DNA of 63,989 nt, counting the filler, from Craspedostauros australis (lineage: Eukaryota): NCBI GenBank assembly GCA_030167865.1. It is 15 parts of 15 records of this genome, joined end to end, with 100 filler letters (N's around TTAATTAATTAA, not from the genome) between each part and the next. Parts side by side here need not be neighbours in the genome. Positions count along the whole stretch, not along the records: positions 47,753 to 50,750 come from JALAGF010000817.1; positions 50,851 to 52,074 come from JALAGF010000818.1; positions 52,175 to 54,208 come from JALAGF010000819.1; positions 54,309 to 57,003 come from JALAGF010000820.1; positions 57,104 to 58,359 come from JALAGF010000822.1; positions 58,460 to 59,587 come from JALAGF010000823.1; positions 59,688 to 60,960 come from JALAGF010000825.1; 8 more parts are not named here. The stretch is one strand, 5' to 3'. Shown here piece by piece: positions 47,753 through 61,060 of the stretch. The notes below the pieces were generated by a model that was not told the origin of the DNA, ran no database searches, and saw nothing but the letters and a program-made list of their open reading frames with translations. Numbering within the stretch: position 1 is the first letter of the stretch; each line of letters opens with the position of its first letter. A program made the translations under genes and the position numbers.

Positions 47753-50750
47753 GTATGAACATCAATCGTCCGCCGGCATAAGGCACAGTGATATCACTCC
47801 TTGCGGTTGAGCATCATCCAAGTACAAGCAAGATGAGCAAAGTCAAGCCAGGGCAGGAGCCTGTCCTCCATTGGGAGAGTCCAGAAGTGAAGAAGCACCT
47901 GCGCAGATGCACATCAAGATGGATGCCCGCGAAGATCATTCAGATGAGGGCAATATCAAGACAGTGGAGACATCAGTCCTCAAGCTCAAGGATGGAAGCG
48001 CATGACAACTGCAGCGCAGAAGAATGACTGAATTTTTGCTGTGAATTCAACGCTCTCATGGCAGCGAAGAGCATGGCATCTGCAGAGCAGAAGATGGTGC
48101 ACCTCATGCACAGAACCGCTCGAGTATGACCAGCAGTGCAGGCAGCAAACAGCAAGCTCCAAGAAGGGCTGAATGCTGCGAGTGCTCCATTCTGTGGACA
48201 CCTGACGAGCGCTTGATGACGCCAGTGCAAGTAGATGCACCAGCATGCATCCTTCAAACATGGCAAACTGGCAAGCTTCCGCACCCGATGATTGGAACTA
48301 AATCAGTACCTTCCATTCATGATAAATCCGGGTCCTAACATTACACCAACGGCATCCCCAGACTTGAGCTGGTGGAGATTTTGGACCAAGCAAGTCCAGA
48401 AGAATACAGCCGTGCCCTGATCCAAAACAGGTACCAGGTGTATGAACGCTCCTTTGAGCAGCTCTACCATCGCCTCCGATGTGGCGAATAGCTATCGCCC
48501 CCTCAAAAAGGGCAATGGCGCTAACAAAGGCAAGCGTATCGCAAGTTGTGAACGCGGCCGCGGAAGACGCGGTAAAAGCCTTAACAACAACAATAAATGC
48601 AAAATGCAGTCACGGCAAAAATCCATTCCCGTTAGTGGGAGATGCGGCCGAAACGGACACGAAACCAGCAAGTGCTGGCATGATCCGGAGATTGCAAGCA
48701 AGCCTCCGCCCAAGCGGTTGGCATGTCCCGAAAAAGGGCAAAAGGGTTTCCAATAAGAGTGATGAGAACCTCAATGTGGTCTTGACCCAAGAGGTTTCAA
48801 TCAACTCGTTCAATCCTTGCCAAAGCAAGAGGAACCCAAAGAAGAAGCGTAGCATCGCCGATGAAAACGATGAAAACGCCAACCAACTGAGTCAGTTGAA
48901 CCACAACAATAACGGTAACCGTGCTAGTAGCAGCGAATACACCGAATATCCAATGCCTACACACAAATGTGCAGCGAATTGCTATAGCCTGGCTAGCCGA
49001 AAGGCCAAGTGCAGGAAACATGACCACATGTTCACCAAAAATCGTTGGTGAAGCGGTTGATAGCAAAAGCAAATTGATTCAAATGCGTGTCCTACTAGAC
49101 TCTGGCACATCAAGTTGCCTGGTGTTGAGGAAGTGCACTCCTCGCAAATTGCGACATGAAAAGGGAATCATGAAGTGGAAAACGATGGACGGCAGAGTCT
49201 GCACGTCCAATCTGGCCACGATAAATCTAGTGCTACCCAAATTCCATTCGCACAAATCCATCCGTTGGACCATGCACGTTGATAGTACAACGCAAGCTGA
49301 GAATACCCAGTACAATACGATCGTGGGCACAGACTTGATGCATGAGCTGGGAATAGACTTGTCATTCTCAAGCAACTCAATAATATGGGACAATGTCACG
49401 ATCCCAATATGGCATCGTGAAGTACTGACGGACAAGGAAGCGATCAGCATCGCATGCCGAATAGCAATGCAGTCTATCCTGCTCAATAAAGCAGAAAACA
49501 GAATGGATAATGGATGCTGACTACAGCGAAAATAGCACTGTATAAATCCATGTTCAAACTGAGCCATCTCAGTGAAAGAGCAACAGCAGAAGCTGTTTGC
49601 AACACTCCAACGCACACCGAGGACCTTCAAAGGAGGCCTGGGTACGTTGAAGATCAGTCCAGTACATCTGGAACTCAAATCAAATGCAAAACCATTCCAT
49701 GGCAAAGCCTTTCCAGTACCCAAAGCCAATGAGCAGGTAATAAAGAAGGAGAGTAAATGATTTGAAATGATCGGAGTGTGGGAGAAGTTCTCCAACGGTG
49801 ACTGGGCTGCACCCAGCTTCATCCAGCCAAAGAAGACTGGAGATGTCCGAGTACTAACCGACTTCCGGGAGCTCAATAAGCACCTGAAATGGCGACCGTA
49901 TCCGTTGCCAAAAATATAGGACATGCTTCAGAAGCTGGAACAGTTCAAGTATGCTGCAGCGTTCAACTTGTTGATGGGGTACTACCATATCCCATTCGAC
50001 ACCCCCAGCCAGAACTTGGCCGTATCCAAGATGCCAGGTTCGCAGTGAACCTGTGTAGGTCATTCCTCAAAATGAAGGAGCTGGACTACTTGGGGTACAA
50101 CTTGATGCAACGCGGCCTCGAGCCTCAGCCAAAGAAAGTGGAAGCGATACAGCAAGTGCTGTAGCTGTCAACAAAGTGACAGCTGAGACGTTTCTTAGGC
50201 ATGATCAACTATGACCGCGATACATGGAAGCGCAGGAGTCATGTACTGACCCCGCTTACCGCCTTCGCCGCCAAGAAATGATATGGCACTGGGGCAAACC
50301 CCAGAAGAAGAAAGCTTTCGATGAGGCCAAGCAAATGGTAATGCGAAAGGCAGTGCCTAGCATACCCAGACTTCACTAAATAGTTCCATGTGCACGCCAA
50401 TGCGAGCGACTACCAAGTTGGTGGCGTGATAGCACAGGAAGGAAGGCCACTGGCATTCTATAATCACAAAATTAACACCGCTCAAACACGGTACACCACA
50501 GGAGAGAAGGAATTGCTCAGCATAGTCAAATCGCTGAAAGCATTCAATAACATTCTCCTAGGTCAGCAAATAACAATACACACAGATCATCTCAATCTGT
50601 TGTACAAACCGCTATCCTCGAACAGACTCCAGAGGTGGCGAATCCTGCTGGAAGAATATGGGCCAAAAGTAGTCCACGTAAAGGGAGAAAACAACGTAGT
50701 AGCCGATGCACTATCAAGACTCCCAACAATGGAACATCGTGACGACGATG
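47753..50750 (+). mobile_element. Degenerate Ty3/Gypsy LTR retrotransposon internal region (gag-PR-RT-RNaseH)
   Basis: Zinc-knuckle remnant GRCGRNGHETSKC, protease VLLDSGT, RT WAAPSFIQPKKTGDVRVLTDFRELNK and LDYLGY, RNase H ASDYQVGGVI..YTTGEKELLSIV..IHTDHLNL..NVVADALSR. Multiple stops and frameshifts. Confidence 0.95.
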
Positions 50751-50850
50751 NNNNNNNNNNNNNNNNNNNNNNNNNNNNNNNNNNNNNNNNNNNNTTAATT
50801 AATTAANNNNNNNNNNNNNNNNNNNNNNNNNNNNNNNNNNNNNNNNNNNN

Positions 50851-52050
50851 TACCCCCGAGCAATCAAGTACGAGCGATTCGGACTGGCATCGTGTCCGAG
50901 GAATGACACGCAATGCACTTTCCAATCCATGTCACCATGCGTGCCCACATATCGGGAAATGGCGGAGGCTCCCATCGTCAGAACGCCGTCACTAGCATCC
51001 TTTCTATCCAAGGACGAAGGAGCGTTGTTCCGTTCGCGAAGGGTGGTTCGGTTGAAGTTGAGGCGCTCGCCGTTGTCGCTTGGACATGATGTCGCTGAAT
51101 TCCTGCGTGCCACGGCGCACGAATGGATCGACGGGCACTTTCCACCGAATGAGAACGACGACAACGCCAACACCGATTCCAGTAGGCGCTCCCTTCGATC
51201 AACGTTGATCAAGGCCGCCGATGCCATTGCGGGCGACGTTCCGGAAACGGATGGAGATGAATATCGTGGTTCGGAGTCATCCGTCAAGCAGGCAAGCATG
51301 ATGTACATTCTGCGTCCCAGACTCGACCTGCAACCCATGCTGCGCAAGACACTGAACGACAATCTAGCATCCTCCGGTGAGGAATCGTCAGCACCCACAC
51401 TGCGCCTGGGATTGCCAATCCGGTCGTCGGATAAGTGCCGAGAGGTGAGCGAATGCCTCATATTCCCAAACTACATGAAGGCCCTTGCGGAATTATGGAC
51501 TCAGCAGGAACAACCTCAAGAATCGCAACAACGGCAACTCCAGCAAGGTCTGCAGGATGGCGATGCAGGAGTAACCATGCACAAGAATGCAACGCCGCGG
51601 GTTGACATTATCCTCACATCGGAAAGCGATCTCATCTTCGGCGACAAGGACAAGTATCTGCATGCAAACAAGCACGCACTCCCCTTCCAACCCAACTTCA
51701 TCCTCAACCACGCCGACATCCATCAAGGCACCGGCGGCATCGACGAAACCCGCCCTAACTACCTGTTCGACAAGGTCCTGTTTTCAGCTTTGACGACCCT
51801 GCAGTTGCAGCTGGAGGCCGATCTGAGCCTTGGCAACTGCTGTTCGAACTTCCACAACGTCCTGTTTGATTTGCTGCGTGCCGGATGTGGCCAGCGACAA
51901 CAGCGCGGACAGTGTCTGCAGAAGCATCCCAATCCAGAATTCCGGCTGTGCTGCTTCAAGGCACCTCAGTGCATGCGCGAGCGCGATCGCGATCTGGCCA
52001 AGCACCTCAACGTGTCGAAGGTGCGGTTGATGGAATTGCAAAAGTGGTGA
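50851..52050 (+). CDS. 5'-partial alpha-1,6-fucosyltransferase-like (GT23/FUT8-like) protein
   Basis: LGLPIRSSDKC.E (motif I, R..DK), IILTSES (motif II), LGNCCSNFH (motif III). Open frame from the contig edge. Confidence 0.65.
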   Translation, partial: YPRAIKYERFGLASCPRNDTQCTFQSMSPCVPTYREMAEAPIVRTPSLASFLSKDEGALFRSRRVVRLKLRRSPLSLGHDVAEFLRATAHEWIDGHFPPNENDDNANTDSSRRSLRSTLIKAADAIAGDVPETDGDEYRGSESSVKQASMMYILRPRLDLQPMLRKTLNDNLASSGEESSAPTLRLGLPIRSSDKCREVSECLIFPNYMKALAELWTQQEQPQESQQRQLQQGLQDGDAGVTMHKNATPRVDIILTSESDLIFGDKDKYLHANKHALPFQPNFILNHADIHQGTGGIDETRPNYLFDKVLFSALTTLQLQLEADLSLGNCCSNFHNVLFDLLRAGCGQRQQRGQCLQKHPNPEFRLCCFKAPQCMRERDRDLAKHLNVSKVRLMELQKW

Positions 52051-52174
52051 GGTGACGCGACACGACATGGCGTANNNNNNNNNNNNNNNNNNNNNNNNNN
52101 NNNNNNNNNNNNNNNNNNTTAATTAATTAANNNNNNNNNNNNNNNNNNNNNNNNNNNNNNNNNNNNNNNNNNNN

Positions 52175-54208
52175 CTCGAATCCACCCTTGACGCGATGTT
52201 CACCGACACGGACACCACCGCCAAAGCCATGGCAGACTTCAACCGTTCCGAACGATGCGGCAAACGCCACCACAACCAAGCTTGGTTGAATGCCATCGGG
52301 GAACACAAGAAGGCACTCTCCAACGCATCCGCGACCAGCATCTCATCTGGGTCAGAAGCATCTACCCATAGAACCGGACGCGACAACGACAGCCACCNNN
52401 NNNNNNNNNNNNNNNNNNNNNNNNNNNNNNNNNNNNNNNNNNNNNNNNNNNNNNNNNNNNNNAACTTCCAGAACGAAACCCAACTCTCCAGCATCGCCAA
52501 GCAAGGATCACAAAACACGTCACCAGTGATCATCGACACCCGCGGTACCACCCCGCCCAACGAAGGTACAGAACCAGGCACCGACTACGACCAACACCCT
52601 GGTAACGACGATACCGTAGACGTACCCGAAAACCGCGGCCCCACAGGACGGAACCGACTCTTCCCCAACGTAGACCCCGCGACGATCGGCGACTACAACC
52701 GCAACCCAACCGGCGCCAAGGTAGTAACCTTCGCCCCCGAAACGACCGCCGGAGGCCCAGGAGGTACCAACGCACCCCGGATGAACTACCCAGAGAACGA
52801 CGGGAACCGCCCACCCCACGATCGGAACCCGCATTCCTACCACGGTTCCGCGGATACACCAGCCTCACACGGCATGAGTAACTATCGAGACGACAACGGG
52901 CACGAACCCGTGAACCGAAACCCTGCCGGCAACCCACCCGCGAACCATGGGACAAACCGCCTGCACCGTGACAACCATGGACCGCCAATTAACCATGGAC
53001 ACAACAACGGTAATCCGTATGGGTATCCCCCTAACCTGGGAAACCAACTCCCTCATGGCCCACCGATTCCGATGTACCACGGNNNNNNNNNNNNNNNNNN
53101 NNNNNNNNNNNNNNNNNNNNNNNNNNNNNNNNNNNNNNNNNNNNNNNNNNNNNNNNNNNNNNNNNNNNNNNNNNNNNNNNNNNNNNNNNNNNNCCCTCAC
53201 CCCGGGTATCCACCACGACCACCCGCGTATGGGTACCGCCCAACCGATCCCAATGGAGGTTTCGGAAGACATGACCCTCGCAACATGGGCCCGAACACCC
53301 CACACGGGCACCACGAACCCGGGTATACACCCCATCGAGGATCCACCCGCAGCGAACCACCAGTCGCCCAGGCCAAACTAACGAAGCGACGCCCCATCCC
53401 TGACTCCGTCAAATTCACGAGCGATGCAGCATCCTTCCAAGTGGTGAAACACCAAATCCATGCCCACCTCCTTGGAAACGACATGGCATACCTGATCAAC
53501 GACCAGTTTCGGCACCGATACCATTCCCAAGGAATCCACGCGATCAAGGACCACATTGACCCAGTGACAGGAGTGCCAACAACCACCTCGCCAGAACAGG
53601 TCGCGAGCGACGTCAGGACCCTATTCGCGGGACTATACTCCGTCTTCGCCGGCGGCCCAGCACATGGACTCNCCACCAGAGGACTCCTCACCNAGGANGG
53701 NATCCTATTCTGGAATGAACTCCTCAATACCTACGATAACGACTGGATCCGAGGAATGGAGGTCGACTCTCTGATGAAGAGGGTACACGACTTCAATCCC
53801 AGCAGACAGGACCTGGGATCCTACGTGAAGGAAATCCAGGATACATTCGCGAACGTGAATTTCCTGGCGACCAACCCGGATCAACAAGTCTCCGACGCGC
53901 AACAACGCCGCACGCTCCTTAACCACCTCATCGGTTGCGACGACATCAACGTTCGCACCATGGTCCGGAGNNNNNNNNNNNNNNNNNNNNNNNNNNNNNN
54001 NNNNNNNNNNNNNNNNNNNNNNNNNNNNNNNNNNNNNAGGGACAATGCGGTAGCCAACAACCAGCGGGGATCAAGGTCCGGCAAACGCAGGATCTTCAAG
54101 GCAACCGCCGAAACCAACCAAGATCAAGGTGAATCCAACACCGAGATGGTCATCAATGCCATCTCGAAGAAACTACAGGAGGATCCCACCTTCATCTCAC
54201 AAGAAGTA
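52175..54208 (+). mobile_element. Gag-like ORF fragment, probably Ty1/Copia (CoDi-like)
   Basis: P/N/G/H-rich N-terminal part, then helical WNELLNTYD...SYVKEIQDTF...SDAQQRRTLLNHL, as in Copia gag. Internal N gaps. Confidence 0.55.
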
Positions 54209-54308
54209 NNNNNNNNNNNNNNNNNNNNNNNNNNNNNNNNNNNNNNNNNNNNTTAATTAATTAANNNNNNNNNNNNNNNNNNNNNNNNNNNNNNNNNNNN
54301 NNNNNNNN

Positions 54309-55470
54309 GCTGCATGCTTCTTTTGTAGCAGGCTCTCTGTGATCGTCGTGTTCGAGATCGCAGCATTGTTGTCACATGATGCGATTACTGGCCACTTGAC
54401 TTGCACCCTCAGCAATTGGAGTGCACATTGTAGCACAATGATCTCTTCTGCCACGGATCCCATGACATTGAATTNGGNGCCNTATGTTGAAGTTGNNGCT
54501 GATGATTGCCTCTTGCTTGAGAAGTATACTGGTGTTCTTCCAAGGCATAGAATGATGCCAGCATTGGATCTTCATGTGACTCAATTGTGTGCATGATCGC
54601 CATTGATGAATGCATACATTGGCAGTTGTCGGTAGATCAGCTTTGGCGATCTGTTGTTGATTTCCTCTGATGCTTCTGGGTATTCCTCCTTCATCTGCAA
54701 GGCCATTTCTGGATTGGATGGTGTTGCATTGAAGTTGTTAAATATCATCGGGCGAGAGTCAATCTGTGTTTGCAATGTGGACTTGTGCTCCAGATATCCC
54801 CATACTTTGATGGCTCTCTCAAGGCGTCATTTGCAAGATGATGCAGTGAAACGTGAAAGTGAAGAAGTTGCAAATGCAAAATCAAAACGTCCAAGTTGAA
54901 CAACTCAGTTCATCATCCTGATGAGCTGCTGGAACTGGTGTTGTTAGTCAGGTGTTAGTAGTTTGGAGTCATCCGTTTCCAGATGATTCTTGTTCTGCGT
55001 GGGACCATGATGGTTGTGTATTGATCCCTGTTGTTGTTCCAACTTGTCCAATGCATTTGCAATGTATTTGCTGCAGGCAGTCTTGCAGCAGATACTGTGA
55101 TAACTCCTGATCCACAGCCACCGTTGGACCTCAAGAAGCCAATCGTCCACATGAGTGATGTCATTCTGCTTCCGCTGATGCTGCACGAGAGTGCCCGCAT
55201 GCACTCTGCGGCATTGGCTGCAGTGGGTTGCCATCAGTGTGTCCACATGGCATGTCATGATGCTCAAAATATCAAGCCATCCCAACAATACGGCGTTTGA
55301 CATTGACATGTTGTCATCTGGCAACAATCCACATGCTGACATCACCTGGAACAGCATGAATGACCAAGAGCAGCTACACGTTTTCGACATCACCCCTGGA
55401 CATCGTGCTTGTCGCATTCCGTAGTGGCGATCCAGACTGCGGCATTCATATCTCATGGATAACGCGAACA
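54309..55470 (-). mobile_element. Degenerate Ty1/Copia RT-RNaseH fragment
   Basis: YGMRQA, HVDDWL (YVDD) and RNase H AEEIIVL..ALQLL.V....P....CDNNAAI....ESLLQKKH. Confidence 0.8.
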
Positions 55471-55899
55471 TGAGGTGTGGACCCTGGGCAATGTGGCATA
55501 TTGGCAAGTTCTGCTCACGGATACTCTTGCGACTGTTGACGGTGGTGGTGGTGGTTGTTACTATTTCGTTTGCTATTTCATTGTGTTGTTCTGGTGCCTC
55601 TTGGAGTCTCCCAATACTCTTGGTGTCTCTCAACTATCGTCCGACTATGAGTTGGCATGTGAGATGCTCTCTTGCTATTTCTTGTATTCTCTCGCTCTTT
55701 CTCTCTCTCTCGTGTGTTGGTACTGCGCGATAATCAGTGTTAGATACATACTCTGTATTCAATACATACTCCATCATTTCGTCATCTACTGGTGCACTAC
55801 TCTGTGAGTATTTGCCAATGTCTCATCTGAACTCCTCCTTGCATATCCACAATCTTGATGTCACTTGGTCATTGAATCTTCNNNNNNNNNNNNNNNNNN

Positions 55900-57003
55900 G
55901 ACATGATGACATCCTGTTGATGTCAGCTGTTGTCTTCCATGATCCTTCAGATTCCATATTCCATCGATGATGCAGTGGTATGGTGAGGATATCATCATTT
56001 GAGGTTTAGTTATGAAATACATCGATCCTTGCTCGATGTCATGCATTTCTGTCAGTTGATGGACAGACTGCATTCCTGATGCTCTCAGAAATGATTGTTC
56101 ACAAATGCCCTTCCGAAATTCTGATTTTTGTGTGTGCCCGATTTTGTGATGTGATTTTGATCAACCACAGATCAATCACAGATCACTCATGACGCAAATG
56201 TTTGCGCCGCTTGTGCGTAGAGCATAAGAGAACAATGGGTGAGCGATGCACATACACATATGTACATTCCAACAGGCAAAGCAGCAATCACAGGGCACAC
56301 ATTCACAGCTACTCTGGCTGCTACGGATTTCTGGCTGTTCATTGCTGCCACAACCATGGAGAACAAGACCATCTATGGCACTGACATTTACAATGCATTT
56401 GCTGAGGCTTCTTGTGGTGCACAGAAGTACTACATGCATGTTGACAGCCCCTTTGCTGAATGGTGGCAGTCGTAGGGACGCGCACCCATTCCGTGTGGCT
56501 GCATGACTCTCATCAGTAAGAATCTTCAGGGTCATTCCTGAGCACTATGGCAGTGGGCGGTGCACATTGATGCATAGCTGAAGCGCATGGGTTTCAGGCC
56601 CATCATGCATGCTCTATGCCTATACTGCGGCGCTTACAAAGAACACAACATGCTCTTTCTATGTCAGGTTGATGACTTTGCCATTGCATGCAGCGATGTA
56701 GCGGCTTCCTCCACGATCTGCGATGAGCTTGGATTTGTTCCTGTTCATTCCCATGAAATGATTCAGCGTTCTCCAACACTTCATTGGTGCGGATCTGATC
56801 CAAACTNCCACACATGTCTCCATCCACAATAGNANACANCTCAANAAGGTTTTCAAATGGAATGAACAGAAGAAGATGAATGGTGCGCTCACTCCAATGG
56901 ATGATGGCAATGCGCACATACGCAAGCTGGATGATTCTGAAGCCTTGGATGCATGCGGCCTCAAGCAGGTACAGGCAGACATTGAATGCTATTGTGAGGC
57001 TAT
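55900..57003 (+). mobile_element. Second degenerate Ty1/Copia RT fragment (CoDi-type QVDD)
   Basis: IYGTDIYNAFAEA, YMHVDSPFAEWW, QGH, MGFRP..H..CLY, LFLCQVDDFAIA. Confidence 0.8.
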
Positions 57004-57103
57004 NNNNNNNNNNNNNNNNNNNNNNNNNNNNNNNNNNNNNNNNNNNNTTAATTAATTAANNNNNNNNNNNNNNNNNNNNNNNNNNNNNNNNNNNNNNNNN
57101 NNN

Positions 57104-58359
57104 CAGAAGCAGGAAAGGAGATTCGCTTCCTCACGCAACTGATGGAGGACATCGGCTTGACGATGACCAAACCAGTGGATGTGTATGTGGGCAATGTGGG
57201 GGCTATCTTCATTGCCTCCAATCCGTCTACATCAGCACGAACGAGACACATCGATATACGACATCATTTCACCCGGGAGCTGATAGACAACGGAGAGGCA
57301 CGGATTCAATTTGTNNNNNNNNNNNNNNNNNNNNNNNNNNNNNNNNNNNNNNNNNNNNNNNNNNNNNNNNNNNNNAGACACAAAGGGAGTATCATTCAAT
57401 TGAGATCGACCATGGATTAATGGGACAGAAGAGATGAGTGCGAGAGCGAGACAAGGGAGTGTAACGAGAGATGATTTGTGAGTGTAAGTGAGTATGGTGG
57501 TGCGACAATGGAAGGGTGTCAGGAATCGGGGGTACGACTTTGCAAAGATACCCTGTTCTACCGCAGCTCCCATTAGGACTGACTAGAATCGGAATGGTAT
57601 TAAGTGCAAAGATACCCATGATTGCCGCAACCCCCAATAGCATCTCCCAGACAAACCGCAACCCAGCAATCGACCAGTTGCACTCGGACAGCCCAATGGC
57701 CTTACCTGTCTTATGCGACATCCAAGCACCCTCATCCAGTGGCCTACTCGGCCATGTCCCGATAACGGTCGGGAACGGAGAGATCTATGAGGACAGCAAC
57801 ACACCAGCCCACGAGTGAATCGAGTGAGCGCGACAACCAATATATCTGAACAAGTCGACGCGTCCCTGAGAACCTAATGTGAGAAAGCGAAACAGAGGCG
57901 ACCCCTATTCACCCAAGACCACGATCCGGACGATAAGTTCCAAACATCCAAAAAGGCAACCATCGAGATGACCGGAGGGAGGAACTGATAATCAGCACTT
58001 ACACACAGGACAAGAGGGGAGCACCAAACACTGCACTTACTACGCCGCCAGGGTGATCAAGCCAAGAGGTGGAGTCGGTGTGTTTGGTGTTGTTGTTGTT
58101 GCTATTAGTTGNNNNNNNNNNNNNNNNNNNNNNNNNNNNNNNNNNNNNNNNNNNNNNNNNNNNNNNNGATGGTGCCTATTGCACGGTTGCTAACGTGCTG
58201 CTCGATTACCTCGTGGTTTCTCTCGCAGTCTTTTCTAAAACATTGCCCAAGATGGCATGTCGATCTACACGATATCTCGTGTTATTCTCGCCTTTGGGTC
58301 TTTCTACATCTCTGTCTGATCTTGTCTAATCTTGCCTGGTCTTGGCTGGTCTTAGAATC
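57104..58359 (+). mobile_element. Ty1/Copia 3' end: RNase H, PPT and probable 3' LTR starting at 57517
   Basis: EAGKEIRFL..L...V.V.NVGAIFIASN..SARTRHIDIRHHF.RE. Purine run GGAAGGG (57510-57516) is immediately followed by TGTCAG. Confidence 0.8.
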
Positions 58360-58959
58360 NNNNNNNNNNNNNNNNNNNNNNNNNNNNNNNNNNNNNNNNN
58401 NNNTTAATTAATTAANNNNNNNNNNNNNNNNNNNNNNNNNNNNNNNNNNNNNNNNNNNNCGGGCTATCGCGGTGTTTTGTTCATTGACCTTTTGCACCTC
58501 ATCTTCACGCAGTAACACGCACATTTGTCGTGTTGTCTCCGTGCTAATTTCATCTGCAATTGCATGAGATCATGTCATGCCTCTATCATGCTCACAGTTC
58601 CAAGAAGACAATCTTGTGAGCTCGACAGCATNNNNNNNNNNNNNNNNNNNNNACAGTAAACAAACACTCTCCTCACCAACAACAACGACTTGATCACTCT
58701 ACGTTCTCGGTGCGGTATCCTTCACACCCATCTACGATTACGTTCTAACATGTCACGCTGTACAGCGTTCTGAGAATATGTGCATAGACATTGGCAGTCA
58801 TATTCAACTCCAACACTTTGGTGAATCCGAACGCATTCCACAGAGCACAGACATGGGGTTTGAAGCTGTGAATCCTCCAGGAAGACGTATCAGTATGCGC
58901 CCAGGTGATCCACATGTCATGACGCCGCTCAGTGACACTCCACTTCAGCATCCGTAGAA

Positions 58960-59587
58960 ATGGACCTCTTCCAAACGGATATGGGACTTCAACCTCCATG
59001 GCAACAGCCTTCGGAGTCTACTTGACGCAATGCGGTTGGTCGGATCTCTCCAGCCAGCTGGCCGAATGAATGCATCCGCAGAAGGCTGCACAGCGCAACG
59101 CGCATCGGAAAGCCCCCTCCCAAACAGCATCACCAGATATCCTTATCCCTAGCTTTGGATCGCTTCCAGATAGATCCAATACTTCAAACTTCATGGCCGC
59201 ACCCATTGGAGTGTGGTCGGAGTCATCCAAGCATTCGATTACAATATGGCCAACATTTTATATGCACGTATTCTCAGAACATTCTACAGCGTGACACGGA
59301 CGGTTCAATACAGTGTGATATCAGCATTCATAGATTGCGATCCCTTCCAAACGGATAAAGAACTTCAAACTTCATTTTCATACTCTTTGGCGTATGATTG
59401 GTGTGGTCGGAGCGTTGGATTGGAATACAATTGCCAGTTCCTGTGTACAAACATCCAAATTAATGTACAGTGCGATGCGTACCAATCACTACTGTGTGAT
59501 ATTTGCATTCATAGAATTGGATCCGTTCCTGATGGATCAAAGACTTCAAAATTCATGTCCGTACTCTCTGGAGTATGATTGGAGTAG
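58960..59587 (+). repeat. Diverged tandem repeat with ~181-195-bp period (4 units)
   Basis: A TGGAtc.cTTCCa.a.gGAT....ACTTCAAacTTCATg...GGAGT motif recurs at about 58960, 59155, 59336 and 59517. Confidence 0.75.
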
Positions 59588-60422
59588 NNNNNNNNNNNNN
59601 NNNNNNNNNNNNNNNNNNNNNNNNNNNNNNNTTAATTAATTAANNNNNNNNNNNNNNNNNNNNNNNNNNNNNNNNNNNNNNNNNNNNCATTTCGCAATTG
59701 ACTGGCGTGCTCTGAGCAACGTGGAGAAGTACATGATGCATCTCCATCAATTGCAACCAACGCATACCGAGTAACACTCCCGTGGCTTGGACACCGAACG
59801 CTTTCGACACAATGAACACAAGAGTGTATTACAACTCAACTCTCTCGAGAGCATGGATTTCCGAAGGCATCGCTCCATTCACATCCTTGCAACCGTTGAT
59901 TGTGTAATCCCACACAATTCCAAACCAAAGAAAGCATCGACAGGCTATCCTACACTATCCTTCCATACATCTTCCATACATCTCCCATACATCTCCCATA
60001 CATCGTCCAGACGAGCATCCACATCTCAGGTTGGAGCGATCTCTCAGGAGGTCAAACAATAAATCCCGACGATCGCACACTCACAAAGACTGACGAAAAC
60101 GAGAAACACTATCGGCGACGGCGACGACGACGGCGAAGAAGGGAGCGACCAAGCAATTGATCCAAGAGAGAGGGCGACCAAGGAAACGCAGCAGCGGCAG
60201 TGCAAGTATCGGTTGCGTCCACTGAGTGACTGAGTGTATGCGAGAGACGCCAATCCAGGCATTGAACGCATAGATTCAGGTACATGTGACTGCGACGGCA
60301 ACTCCAGCTTCGATTCCAGTCAGAAAAACGCAACCAGCAATACCACCAGCACATCATCAACCGCACCAACATCAAGATCAATAACAATACCCATACTCAT
60401 ACGAGAACAGCATACGTGCACA

Positions 60423-60960
60423 ATGGCCATCCCAGAAAGCCCATCGCAAAAGTCACCCCGCTCTGTGAGTCGTTCACAGAGAGCCGCACCTTCGACGCCC
60501 GCTCCCGTGTTCAACACCAAGCGCAGGCAGAGGAGAACACCGACCTCCCAGGAGCATCGGGAAGCCACACTGCAGCAGCAACGCCGAACCTCGCTGCCAG
60601 CCTCGCCTATTCCAAGATCGAACAGGCGAGAAGTGCTACATCCAGCAACGCCGCCACCTGCCGCGGCAATTCGCAGTACGCGGCGCAGCTCGGATTCAAT
60701 GGTCGCCCACGCTCGATCGCAGCAGGTCGTAGCGGAGACCCGGCGAAGGAGAAACACGGTGCAGTTCACTCAGATGCCGGATATCTTCGAGTTCCCCATC
60801 ACTCTCCACGCACCCTGCAGCATGGACGTGCAACCACTCAAGTCGTGTCTTTCGCCCGAGTCCTGGTCTGCAAGATCCGAGACGTTGAGGGTCCGATTCT
60901 CGACCGTCCAAGTCCAGGAGATGCAGACCATCTTGGATACCGGCGGCGCCATGGTTCCGT
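60423..60960 (+). CDS. 3'-partial hypothetical protein (S/P/R-rich; TVQF, LKSCL and RVRF motifs)
   Basis: Open frame to the contig edge. RVRFSTVQVQEM.TIL resembles the family at 1655. Confidence 0.5.
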
Positions 60961-61060
60961 NNNNNNNNNNNNNNNNNNNNNNNNNNNNNNNNNNNNNNNN
61001 NNNNTTAATTAATTAANNNNNNNNNNNNNNNNNNNNNNNNNNNNNNNNNNNNNNNNNNNN

